Below, piece after piece: positions 28,259-37,802 of a DNA stretch of 64,000 nucleotides. How positions within the stretch are numbered: position 1 is the first letter of the stretch; each line of letters starts with the position of its first letter. Under the pieces are notes generated by a model that saw only the letters and a list, made by a program, of their open reading frames with translations, made no database searches and had not been told where the DNA came from. The translations under genes were made by a program, and so were the position numbers. This DNA is from Pirellula sp. (GTDB lineage Bacteria; Planctomycetota; Planctomycetia; Pirellulales; PNKZ01), in NCBI GenBank assembly GCA_013822735.1, contig PNKZ01000022.1, positions 39,625 through 103,624 on the forward strand. Reading direction: 5' to 3'.

Positions 28259-28290
28259 AAATGCTGAATGGAGAATGCTGAATGCTGAAC
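28259..28290. repeat. tandem CATTCAGCA-type element, second copy
   Basis: aaatgctgaatggagaatgctgaatgctgaac. It sits 9 nt upstream of the cyclase ATG and 18 nt downstream of the kinase stop codon. Confidence 0.65.
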
Positions 28291-28307
28291 GGCGGACCAA
28301 GGAAAAC

Positions 28308-30560
28308 CTATTCGTCGGCGGCTTTGCCCATGGTGATGGTCGGCAGTGCGCCTCCGACGGGAGCCGTGGGCGTCGGAGGGCCGGGCGTGGCGCGGGCGGA
28401 ATTTGCGGAGTGGGACGTGCCGCTCAGTCCGCCTCCCCCGAGACCGGCCGTGCGACGGATGAATGCGGCAACTTTCCAGCGGGGCGATTCGTTGAGCACG
28501 ATCATCACGAAGCCCCACAGCGCCGTAACAACGGCCAACACGACACCGAGCGCCGTGACGCCGTAGCGCCAGAGCTTCTCGCCGAGCTCTTGTGCCGGCT
28601 TAAGCGCCGCCTCATACCGCTCTTGTACGATCACGACCCAACCGGTCGTGCCCGACTCGGCGGGGCGTCCGCTGACGACGACCGGCTGAAACGCGGCAAT
28701 CCAACGCCCGTCGTAGTCTTGGCCGAGCGGATCGCGGTAATCGATATCCGCGGCGCTTTTATATGATTTGGCCGATTTCGACGCGTCGGCGTCCGTAAGT
28801 TGCCGTAGTCGATCGACGCCGGACTTGTCGAAGTAGTAGGCCGGAAACGGGTCGTCGGGCTTTTTCGCCGCCGTGAGTGCGGCAAGTTGCGGATGCTCCA
28901 ACACCGCGCCGCTGCGCTGGTCAGAGTCGGGCTTAGCGTCGACGAGTACGGCGATCAGACTGCGCCCGACGTCGTTATCGCTGCGCAACTCGGCAAACTG
29001 CCCGAGCGCTACGGTGACGCTCAAGACGCCGACCACCTGACGTGGTCCGTCGAGCTTATCGGGCACGCTCCAGACGGGGACGGAAAACGCAACTTTGCGA
29101 TCGCTGGTCGATTGGCTCACGAAAACGTTCGATAGGTGCGGCGATTCGATCGGCTTGATGTCGGGCGTTCCCTCGGGCAGACCGCCGCGGCCGTTGAAAT
29201 AATCGCGAAAGGCGTAATTCTTGCCGACCGTCTTCGCTTCATACGGCACGCGGGCCAACTGGTTGCCGCGGGCGTCCATCATCGTCCAACTCGCCGCTTG
29301 CAAGTCGGGATTGCGCGCCGCGGTGCGCTCGATCCAGGTTTGCAATTGCCGCTGTTCGGCATTCGAGAGCTTGGCCTGCGACGTGCTCACGCGTGCGAGC
29401 TCTTCTCGCAAATCGCGATCCGTGGCTTCTTGTTCCAATGTTTGCCAGCGTCGATCGATCTCGCCGGCGACCGCTTCCGCCACGAACTGCGCGGCGAAGA
29501 GATTGGTTTCCACGGAACGCTGGGTAAGCGCTTCGTCGGACTCGCGCACCGAGGTACGGTAGACGCTCCAGGCAAACCAGCTCAAAACCGCCAGCAGCAC
29601 GGCGGGGCCGATTGCGCCGAGCACAAGCAGCGGGCGTCGGGCACGGCGCATCGTGCGCATGTCGAGCGCATCGAGCACGGCCTGCGGATTGGGAAAGCGG
29701 CGCGTCGGGTTCGGCTGCAAACACTTCGTGATAATGTCGCCCAAGTCGCGATCGACGCCCGGCACGTCGCGATGCTTCGTCGGGATCGGCGTCGTTTGCA
29801 GATGCTTGCGATAGGCGGCCAGCTTCCCCGGCAAGTCGGCGGCGCGATCGAAGATCGTCAACGTGTCGGGCGAGCGATGGGGCGGCTCGCCGCAGAGCAT
29901 GCAGTAGAGCAGGGCGCCCAGCGCGTAAACGTCCCACCGCGCATCCGGCACGGCGCCGAGATCGGCCTGCTCGGGTGCCATGTAGAAAAGCGTGCCCAGG
30001 GCCGGCGTCTGCTCGTGCGAAAGACGCGATTGCCCGAAGTCGGCCAGCCGCGGTCGGCGATCTTGATCGAGCAAGACGTTCGCCGGCTTCAGATCGCAAT
30101 GCAATACGCCTTTGTCGTGGGCGTGAATGAGCCCGATGGTGACGTCGCGAAAGAGCGAGATCGCTTCGACGGGAGGAATCGGGCCGGTCTGAATGCGGTC
30201 GGCCAGCGAGCCGTTTTCCAGAAACTCCATCACGTAGTACGGCGGGTTGGCGTCCCAGCCGACGTCGATCAATTGCACGACGTAACGATCGGCGAAGAGA
30301 AACGCCAGCTTCTCGACTTCGCGCGACAGCAGCGACCAATCGACGCCGCCGCGATGGGCATAGAACTTGATGGCCGTGCGGCGCCCGGTGTTGCGATCGA
30401 CGGCGACCCACACCTCGCCGTAGGCCCCGGCGCCGAGAAAGCGCTCGAATTCGTAGCCCGGCACTTCCGTCGGCGGACGGAGCCGTTGCGAACTTTGGCG
30501 CCGCGCCCGTTGCAGATCTTCGGCGTTTTGCGAAATCGTGGGATCTTGCGTCACGCACAT
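28308..30560 (-). CDS. Ser/Thr protein kinase with extracytoplasmic Cache-like sensor domain
   Basis: Hanks kinase motifs (GAGAYGEVW, AIKF, HCDLKPANVLL, DFG, APE). A TM helix is followed by a ~330-aa extracytoplasmic region, a second TM helix and a Gly/Pro-rich tail. The ORF start 30590 is TTG; ATG 30560 is preferred. Confidence 0.85.
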   Translation of the reverse strand: MCVTQDPTISQNAEDLQRARRQSSQRLRPPTEVPGYEFERFLGAGAYGEVWVAVDRNTGRRTAIKFYAHRGGVDWSLLSREVEKLAFLFADRYVVQLIDVGWDANPPYYVMEFLENGSLADRIQTGPIPPVEAISLFRDVTIGLIHAHDKGVLHCDLKPANVLLDQDRRPRLADFGQSRLSHEQTPALGTLFYMAPEQADLGAVPDARWDVYALGALLYCMLCGEPPHRSPDTLTIFDRAADLPGKLAAYRKHLQTTPIPTKHRDVPGVDRDLGDIITKCLQPNPTRRFPNPQAVLDALDMRTMRRARRPLLVLGAIGPAVLLAVLSWFAWSVYRTSVRESDEALTQRSVETNLFAAQFVAEAVAGEIDRRWQTLEQEATDRDLREELARVSTSQAKLSNAEQRQLQTWIERTAARNPDLQAASWTMMDARGNQLARVPYEAKTVGKNYAFRDYFNGRGGLPEGTPDIKPIESPHLSNVFVSQSTSDRKVAFSVPVWSVPDKLDGPRQVVGVLSVTVALGQFAELRSDNDVGRSLIAVLVDAKPDSDQRSGAVLEHPQLAALTAAKKPDDPFPAYYFDKSGVDRLRQLTDADASKSAKSYKSAADIDYRDPLGQDYDGRWIAAFQPVVVSGRPAESGTTGWVVIVQERYEAALKPAQELGEKLWRYGVTALGVVLAVVTALWGFVMIVLNESPRWKVAAFIRRTAGLGGGGLSGTSHSANSARATPGPPTPTAPVGGALPTITMGKAADE

Positions 30561-30684
30561 TCTCGTCGCAATGCGACGGCCCGGCGGCAAGCGGAGAAAT
30601 CAACTTCTCCCACTATATCAGCTTCAGGCAAGCCGAGACTATTGGCCGGGGGACGAAATTCAGAGCCCGGTTACCAACGCAAAC

Positions 30685-30702
30685 GGGCCCCTTGCGGGGC
30701 CC
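30685..30702 (-). terminator. GC hairpin downstream of the MORN-repeat gene (possible terminator)
   Basis: GGGCCCC-ttgc-GGGGCCC. On the minus strand it is followed by GTTTGCGTT, so the T-tract is weak. Confidence 0.35.
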
Positions 30703-30767
30703 GAGCGCGGCGACGACCAGGGATGGACAGCTGGTCGCCGGCGGTTGCTGCTACGAACGGAGTCGGT

Positions 30768-32282
30768 TTAGAGCACGCGGCGGAACGAGGCCGGCCGGAT
30801 CGACGGCGTCATGGGACGCGGCAGATCTTGCGAGTGCATTTGCAGTTCCACCGGTTCGGCGTCGGCGGTTGCCGGCGTCGCTTCCAATTGCATGTTCGGT
30901 TCGTCCGTCCGGAAGAGGGCTCGCATCGCGGAGGTTTCCCCGACGGCGAGTTCGGCCGGAATCTTCTGCTCGGCCGACTTGTGCTCGGCGGGCAGGGCGT
31001 CCGTTGCCGTCGCGGCTTGGGCGACGGTCGCCGCGGCCGGTTCGACAATTGACGTCGTCGCGTCTTGCTTCGATTCGAACGCCGGCACCACCGACGGATC
31101 TTGCCGATTCGATTCCACATCCGGGATTTCGACCGGTTGCAAATCGACCGCGTCGGAAGCTTCGTAGAGCGGCGTTTCGAACACGGTCATGCTCGTCGCC
31201 ACGAGACCGGTCTCTTGCCACTCTTTCCAATTGCCGGCTTCCTCGCCCGCGACGTAATCGCCGGTGAGTTCCTTCATGCCGTTGGAGTACCACCAGGTCC
31301 AGACGCCGTTTTGCTTGCCGTCGACGTATTGCCCTTCGATGGCCTTGGTGCCGTTTTCGTGCCACCAGGTGAAGCGACCTTCCGGACGATCGTCAACGTA
31401 GGTCCCTTCGAGCACCTTCAGGCCGTCGAGGTTCCAGGCCGTGAAACGTCCGTGGCGTTGATCTTCGCCGACCAAGCCGACGATCTCCACGTTGGACGTG
31501 CCGTTCCACCAATCGTCTTCCGAGATCACGACGTTCTTCGCGAACAACGTCTCGCATTCGGATTTCACTTCGCCCGTCGGATAGTGCTCGGTCTTGATTC
31601 CGTGGCGATAGCCGTTGACGAACTTCTCTTGTTTGACCACTCGTTCTTCGGCGTCGAATTCGACGGCCGCACCGTCGAGCTCGCCGGCGCGGTATTCGAT
31701 TTCGCGGAATTTCTTGCCGTTGGGGTGCCAGGCCAGCGATTTGCCGTGGCGCTCGCCGTTGTCGAACTCCGTGGCGCTCACTTGCCGCTTCTTGGCGTCG
31801 AGAATCACCCACGTGCCGTGGAGGTGACCGTTCTCAAACTCGGCGACCGAGCTGAACGGGGCTTCAAAGCCGAGCTCGAGTGCCGCTTCAAAAGCTTCTT
31901 GCGTTTCGACGGCGTCGTACAGCCGGACCCAGCGGCCGTGTTGCGCGCCGTTGCGGAATTCTCCTTGGCCCATCAGTCGGCCTTCTTCCGACCACTTGGC
32001 CCAAGGACCATGATTGAAGAAGTTGCCTTGAGCGTCTTGCGCCACGTGCCGTTCGACTTTTACAAGCCGGTTCGTGTACCGCTCGACGACCCGTTCCGTC
32101 GGGCCGGCAACTTTTGCAAGCTGCGGCGTGAGCGGAGCCGACTCGAGGGCTTCGACCTTCGCATCCCCTTCAGGGCTCGCGGGGAGCGGCAACGGCTCGT
32201 CGGCGCGCGCTTCCGCGCCTTGCCAAGTGAGCAAGAAACCGAGGGCAAGACCGCAAGAGCGACGGGTCTCACGCATGAACAT
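30768..32282 (-). CDS. secreted MORN-variant (YwqK-like) repeat protein
   Basis: At least 8 repeats of the G-x-W-x(5-8)-G-x(5)-Y/F-x-x-G-x(2)-H/D-G type (NGAQHGRW, NGHLHGTW, NGERHGKS, GELDGAA, NGYRHGIK, DQRHGRF, DRPEGRF, GKQNGVW, GEEAGNW). Signal peptide from ATG 32282 (MFMRETRRSCGLALGFLL..). Confidence 0.75.
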   Translation of the reverse strand: MFMRETRRSCGLALGFLLTWQGAEARADEPLPLPASPEGDAKVEALESAPLTPQLAKVAGPTERVVERYTNRLVKVERHVAQDAQGNFFNHGPWAKWSEEGRLMGQGEFRNGAQHGRWVRLYDAVETQEAFEAALELGFEAPFSSVAEFENGHLHGTWVILDAKKRQVSATEFDNGERHGKSLAWHPNGKKFREIEYRAGELDGAAVEFDAEERVVKQEKFVNGYRHGIKTEHYPTGEVKSECETLFAKNVVISEDDWWNGTSNVEIVGLVGEDQRHGRFTAWNLDGLKVLEGTYVDDRPEGRFTWWHENGTKAIEGQYVDGKQNGVWTWWYSNGMKELTGDYVAGEEAGNWKEWQETGLVATSMTVFETPLYEASDAVDLQPVEIPDVESNRQDPSVVPAFESKQDATTSIVEPAAATVAQAATATDALPAEHKSAEQKIPAELAVGETSAMRALFRTDEPNMQLEATPATADAEPVELQMHSQDLPRPMTPSIRPASFRRVL

Positions 32283-32610
32283 CGCAACACTCCCCAAAAG
32301 CGCGGGCACGAAAAACTCGACGCCGACGGACAACTCCCGTTCCAACGCTAGAACGAGAACCTGCGGCATATCCAATACAAGTGATCGACCCGGCATCGTT
32401 GGAGCATGCAGAGTTTTGTGACTCACTGGCAAGGTTTGCCCAGCTTCTCAGGCCGCCCCACGTAATCACCCGTCTTTTAGCGGTTTTCCGCGATTTGCCC
32501 CAGAAGCGCGAAGGTTAACCACCCGCCGGCGGAACCCTGTTTGCACCGGTAAAGCATCGCTACTCGCCAACGACGCCTTACGACCACAAGTCGCTTACCG
32601 GAGTTCTCTG

Positions 32611-33633
32611 ATGAACCGTTCACTACGTAAACTTGCCGGCGTTGCCTGCGCCGCGGCCGGAAGCTGGTACGTCGCGCGCACCCTACTGCGTCGACAACGC
32701 GATTTCTCCTACGCCGGAAAGACCGTGCTCGTCACCGGCGGTGCGCGCGGGCTCGGCTTAGTGCTGGCCCGGAATCTCGTCGCCGAGGGGGCTCGCGTGG
32801 TGATCTGTGCGCGCACCGGCGAGCAGCTGATCGACGCCGCGAAAGAGCTCGCGCTTCGCGGGGGCGAAGTGATGGCGTTCGCCTGCGACGTGCGTGATCA
32901 AGACGCCGTCGAACAGATGGTCGCCGAAGTCACTGCGAGTTGGGGCCCGATCGACGTGCTCATCAACGTGGCGGGCATTATCGAAGTCGGTCCGCTCGAC
33001 TCGATGACCGTCGATGACTTCCGCCGCTCGATGGACACGCATTGCTTCGGCCCGCTCCATACGACGCTGGCCGTGCTCCCCGGTATGCGCAGCCGCGGCT
33101 GGGGACGCATCGTCAACATCGCGTCGCTCGGCGGCAAACGGGCCGTGCCGCACATGACGCCCTATGCCGCCAGTAAATTCGCGCTGGTCGGTCTTTCCAG
33201 CGGGTTGCGAGCCGAGCTCGCGCAGGAAAACATCTTAGTCACCACGGTCTGCCCCGGACTTCTCCGTACCGGCAGCCCGCGAAATGCCGGCTTCAAAGGT
33301 CGGCACCGGGACGAATACGCGTGGTTCAGCATCGGCGATTCGTTGCCGCTCCTTTCCATGAACGCCGATCGCGCCGCTAAGCAAATCCTCAAGGCGTGTC
33401 GCCACGGCGATGCCGAAATCGTGCTCTCCGGTATGGGAAGCTTCGCCGCGGCACTGCAATCGCTCGCGCCGAATTTCACTGCGGAGTTGGCGTCGTTGGC
33501 CAATCGCTTGCTGCCGCCGATGGGAGGCATCGGGCGCGCCTCGGCGCGCGGCCACGAAAGCCATTCGCGTTGGTCGCCGTCGGTCCTCACGACGCTCGGC
33601 GATGAAGCGGCCGAACGGAACAATGAGTACTAA
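32611..33633 (+). CDS. SDR-family short-chain dehydrogenase/reductase with N-terminal membrane anchor
   Basis: TGGARGLG cofactor motif, NVAG, and the catalytic YAASK. Confidence 0.85.
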   Translation: MNRSLRKLAGVACAAAGSWYVARTLLRRQRDFSYAGKTVLVTGGARGLGLVLARNLVAEGARVVICARTGEQLIDAAKELALRGGEVMAFACDVRDQDAVEQMVAEVTASWGPIDVLINVAGIIEVGPLDSMTVDDFRRSMDTHCFGPLHTTLAVLPGMRSRGWGRIVNIASLGGKRAVPHMTPYAASKFALVGLSSGLRAELAQENILVTTVCPGLLRTGSPRNAGFKGRHRDEYAWFSIGDSLPLLSMNADRAAKQILKACRHGDAEIVLSGMGSFAAALQSLAPNFTAELASLANRLLPPMGGIGRASARGHESHSRWSPSVLTTLGDEAAERNNEY

Positions 33634-33654
33634 CTCACGCTACTGAGTACTATC

Positions 33655-34038
33655 TCACTTCACCTTCACGTACCAATCCTTGTAGATCCCTTCGGAGCGA
33701 TCGCCGCCGCGGATTACGAAGGCGCGAATCCGGTCTCCTTCGCGCGGCACGGAAGTGTGCCCATACGGGGCGGGAATGCGCGGAGCGTTCCGTTTGCGCT
33801 GGAAGCACTCTGCGTAGAAGGCGTCTCCTTCTTGCACGCCTTCGCCGCGTTCGACCTTCTCGACGAGGATCTTGATCACGTAGTCGTGCTGTTCGCGCGT
33901 TTCGCGCACATACACGCCGGCCACTTCGCCGACCACGACGTGCGTCGCATCGTCTTGCGATTCCGGCGGCCGCTCGGCGCGAGCAACCGCGGTGACGAAA
34001 CACAACGCGACGAAAACGAAGAGCGCGGAGCGTGACAT
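33655..34038 (-). CDS. small secreted hypothetical protein
   Basis: 127 aa with a clear signal peptide (MSRSALFVFVALCFVTAVARA) and coding-like composition. ATG verified. Confidence 0.6.
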   Translation of the reverse strand: MSRSALFVFVALCFVTAVARAERPPESQDDATHVVVGEVAGVYVRETREQHDYVIKILVEKVERGEGVQEGDAFYAECFQRKRNAPRIPAPYGHTSVPREGDRIRAFVIRGGDRSEGIYKDWYVKVK

Positions 34039-34085
34039 GGTGCAATCTCCGAAGAACGGCCGAGATGAAAAACGAGCGCGGCGCC

Positions 34086-34949
34086 CTACGCCGCGCCGTT
34101 CTTCTTAAACCATTCTTGCAGACGTTTCCAACCATCTTCCGCGTCCGCCTGGTTGTAGGTCGGGCGATAGTCGGCGTGAAAGCCGTGTTGGGCTTCCGGA
34201 TACACGTGAATCTCCGACGGTTTGCCGGCCTTTGCAACGGCGGCCTTCATTTGCTCGACCGCTTCCAGCGGAATACCGGTGTCCTTGCCGCCGTAGAGAC
34301 CCAACACCGGCGCCTTCAGATCGGCGGCGATGTCGACGGCATTCTTCGGATGCAACGGGTCCGTCGGCCCGACCACGCGGCCGTACCAGGCGACGCCCGC
34401 CTTCACTTTGTCGCTGTGGGCCGAGTAGAGCCACACGATCCGCCCGCCCCAGCAGAAGCCGGTAATGCCGAGCTTGCCGACGTCGCCGTGGCCTGACTTT
34501 TCGGCGAAAGCGACGGCCGCGTCGAGGTCGCTCATCACCTGAGCGTCGGGCACTTTCGAAACCACTTCCTTGATGATCGACGGAATGTCGGTCTTGCCCG
34601 CGACGTCTCCCTGGCGAACGTACAATTCGGGCGCAATCGCGTAGTGACCGAGCTTCGCGAAGCGTCGGCAGATGTCTTTGATGTGCTCGTGCACGCCGAA
34701 GATTTCTTGGACGACGAGCACGACCGGAAACGTTCCTTCCTTCGCGGGCCGGACCACGTACGCCGGAATCTCGCCGTCGGCGACCGGAATCTTCACTTCG
34801 CCCGCTTCGAGTCCCGAGGTATCGGTCGTGATCGTTTCGGCGGAGACCGGTCGGACGGCCATCGCGAACCCGGTCGCCAATGTGCCGGCGACGAATCCGC
34901 GACGGCTGAGGCCCAGGATCGATTCCGAAGTTGTTGCTTTCTCGTGCAT
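34086..34949 (-). CDS. dienelactone hydrolase family protein with Tat signal
   Basis: ATG at 34949 ([22 protein letters not shown]..). Nucleophile motif GFCWGG and a C-terminal HGF motif typical of DLH. Confidence 0.85.
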   Translation of the reverse strand: MHEKATTSESILGLSRRGFVAGTLATGFAMAVRPVSAETITTDTSGLEAGEVKIPVADGEIPAYVVRPAKEGTFPVVLVVQEIFGVHEHIKDICRRFAKLGHYAIAPELYVRQGDVAGKTDIPSIIKEVVSKVPDAQVMSDLDAAVAFAEKSGHGDVGKLGITGFCWGGRIVWLYSAHSDKVKAGVAWYGRVVGPTDPLHPKNAVDIAADLKAPVLGLYGGKDTGIPLEAVEQMKAAVAKAGKPSEIHVYPEAQHGFHADYRPTYNQADAEDGWKRLQEWFKKNGAA

Positions 34950-35103
34950 GCGAAGTACCTCGACGGCGAGCGATGGATGTGAGTTCTCAGCGACGCGGCG
35001 CATTTTAAAAGCCCGCCGCCGCGCGCCTAGCCGGCGAACGAACTTCGCGCAGCCGAGCGTGCAGACATTACGCAATGCTCATGTAACGTGAACACGCAGG
35101 CGC

Positions 35104-35141
35104 AAAAAAAGAGCGGCGAGCTTTTATTGCTCGCCGCTCTT
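35104..35141 (-). terminator. rho-independent terminator of groEL
   Basis: The minus strand reads AGAGCGGCGAGC-aataaaa-GCTCGCCGCTCTTTTTTTGC. This is a stem of at least 11 bp followed by a 7-T run. Confidence 0.75.
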
Positions 35142-35158
35142 CTGAATCGTAATCAGAG

Positions 35159-35184
35159 GGAACGCCACGGAGGGCGTTCCCTAC
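35159..35184. repeat. solitary copy of the GGAACGCC..GGCGTTCC hairpin element
   Basis: ggaacgccacggagggcgttccctac has 1 mismatch to 17907..17932. Confidence 0.7.
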
Positions 35185-35189
35185 AGAAA

Positions 35190-35218
35190 CTAGCTACTAG
35201 CTACCAGCCACTAGCTAC
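35190..35218 (-). repeat. stop-codon-dense 29-nt element, second copy
   Basis: The minus strand reads GTAGCTAGTGGCTGGTAGCTAGTAGCTAG. It starts 10 nt after the groEL stop codon and has 1 mismatch to 12789..12817. Confidence 0.6.
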
Positions 35219-35227
35219 TTCCGCCGA

Positions 35228-36847
<1,620 letters not shown>

Positions 36848-36890
36848 TTAGAAACTCTCCTGAACGAAATGAGGATGTTGTATGGGGGTG

Positions 36891-36948
36891 GCGAGCGGCG
36901 GGGTTTATCCCCGCCGTCCGGACGGCGGACGTGAAGTCCGCCGCTCGC
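36891..36948. repeat. GCGAGCGGCGGGGTTTATCCCCGCCG-family palindromic element in the groES-groEL spacer
   Basis: It shares its first 28 nt, the TCCGGACGGCGG core and the terminal CCGCCGCTCGC with the copy at 37622..37695. Confidence 0.7.
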
Positions 36949-36958
36949 AACTTGCGAA

Positions 36959-37288
36959 CTACTCGATCACGGCGAGGATGTCGTCTTCGCGCATGAGGAG
37001 CAATTCTTGGTCGTTGATTTTGAACTCGTCGCCGGCGTACGAGCTAAACAACACGCGATCGCCGACCTTCACTTGCAGCGGCTTACGCGTTCCATCCTTG
37101 GAGAGTTTGCCGTCGCCCACCGCCTTGACGGTGCCGCGGGCCGGCTTGTCCTTGGCCGAATCAGGCAGCACGATGCCGCCGGCGGTCTTGCTTTCCGACG
37201 ATTGACGCTCGATCACCACGCGATCGCCCAGCGGTTGGAGCGAAAGCTTGCCGGTCTTTGCTTTTTTGTCTTTGGTGGCCGTGCTCAT
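36959..37288 (-). CDS. groS: co-chaperonin GroES
   Basis: ATG at 37288 (MSTATKDKKAKTGKLSLQPLGDRVVIER..). GroES mobile-loop and core motifs (TAGGIVLPDSAKDKP, GDRVLFSSYAG). Confidence 0.95.
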   Translation of the reverse strand: MSTATKDKKAKTGKLSLQPLGDRVVIERQSSESKTAGGIVLPDSAKDKPARGTVKAVGDGKLSKDGTRKPLQVKVGDRVLFSSYAGDEFKINDQELLLMREDDILAVIE

Positions 37289-37621
37289 GTTCTCAGAAAC
37301 CTCCGAATGTGCGGAAACAGCGAATATGGGAATTGCGATGGAAAGGCGAACGGTGTGAAGGGACCAACACTCGAGCCGCCGCCGCCTGCCAAACAGGCGC
37401 AGCGTCACCGCAGGCGGGCCTTCTTAAAGCAACGGGCGCGCCAAAGCCGGCACTTTGAGTTGCAAACTCCTGCAACGAAAAGGCTTAAGTACGCGATGGC
37501 CCGTTTCCCTGCTTTTCCGGCTCCACCCGCTTCGGCAGCAATCGGAGCAGAAAGTCTCGGACCGCTGCCAATATGGCAGCGGGGTCAGGCGAACTGCTTA
37601 ATGGGACGAGGCACGGTAACG

Positions 37622-37695
37622 GCGAGCGGCGGGGTTTATCCCCGCCGTCTGATAACCGATGCGTCCGGACGGCGGGGATAAACCCCGCCGCTCGC
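37622..37695. repeat. perfect 26-bp inverted repeat of the GCGAGCGGCGGGGTTTATCCCCGCCG family
   Basis: Left arm 37622..37647 and right arm 37670..37695 (cggcggggataaaccccgccgctcgc), separated by a 22-nt spacer. Confidence 0.75.
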
Positions 37696-37802
37696 TGCCG
37701 GAAACTGTGACCGTGGATTTTGTCCTCCGCGCGCGTTCGTTGCACGTGCTTGTTCACACCCCTATGCTGCCTAGCGCACCTTTTACCATCGGTCGCACCA
37801 CC

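Noticed and set aside
37289-37480. CIRCE/HrcA operator or sigma-32-type promoter upstream of groES.
   Set aside because: The best candidate (GAGTT-gca-AACTC at about 37458-37470) has only 5-bp arms and does not resemble TTAGCACTC-N9-GAGTGCTAA. No CTTGAAA..CCCCAT pattern was seen.
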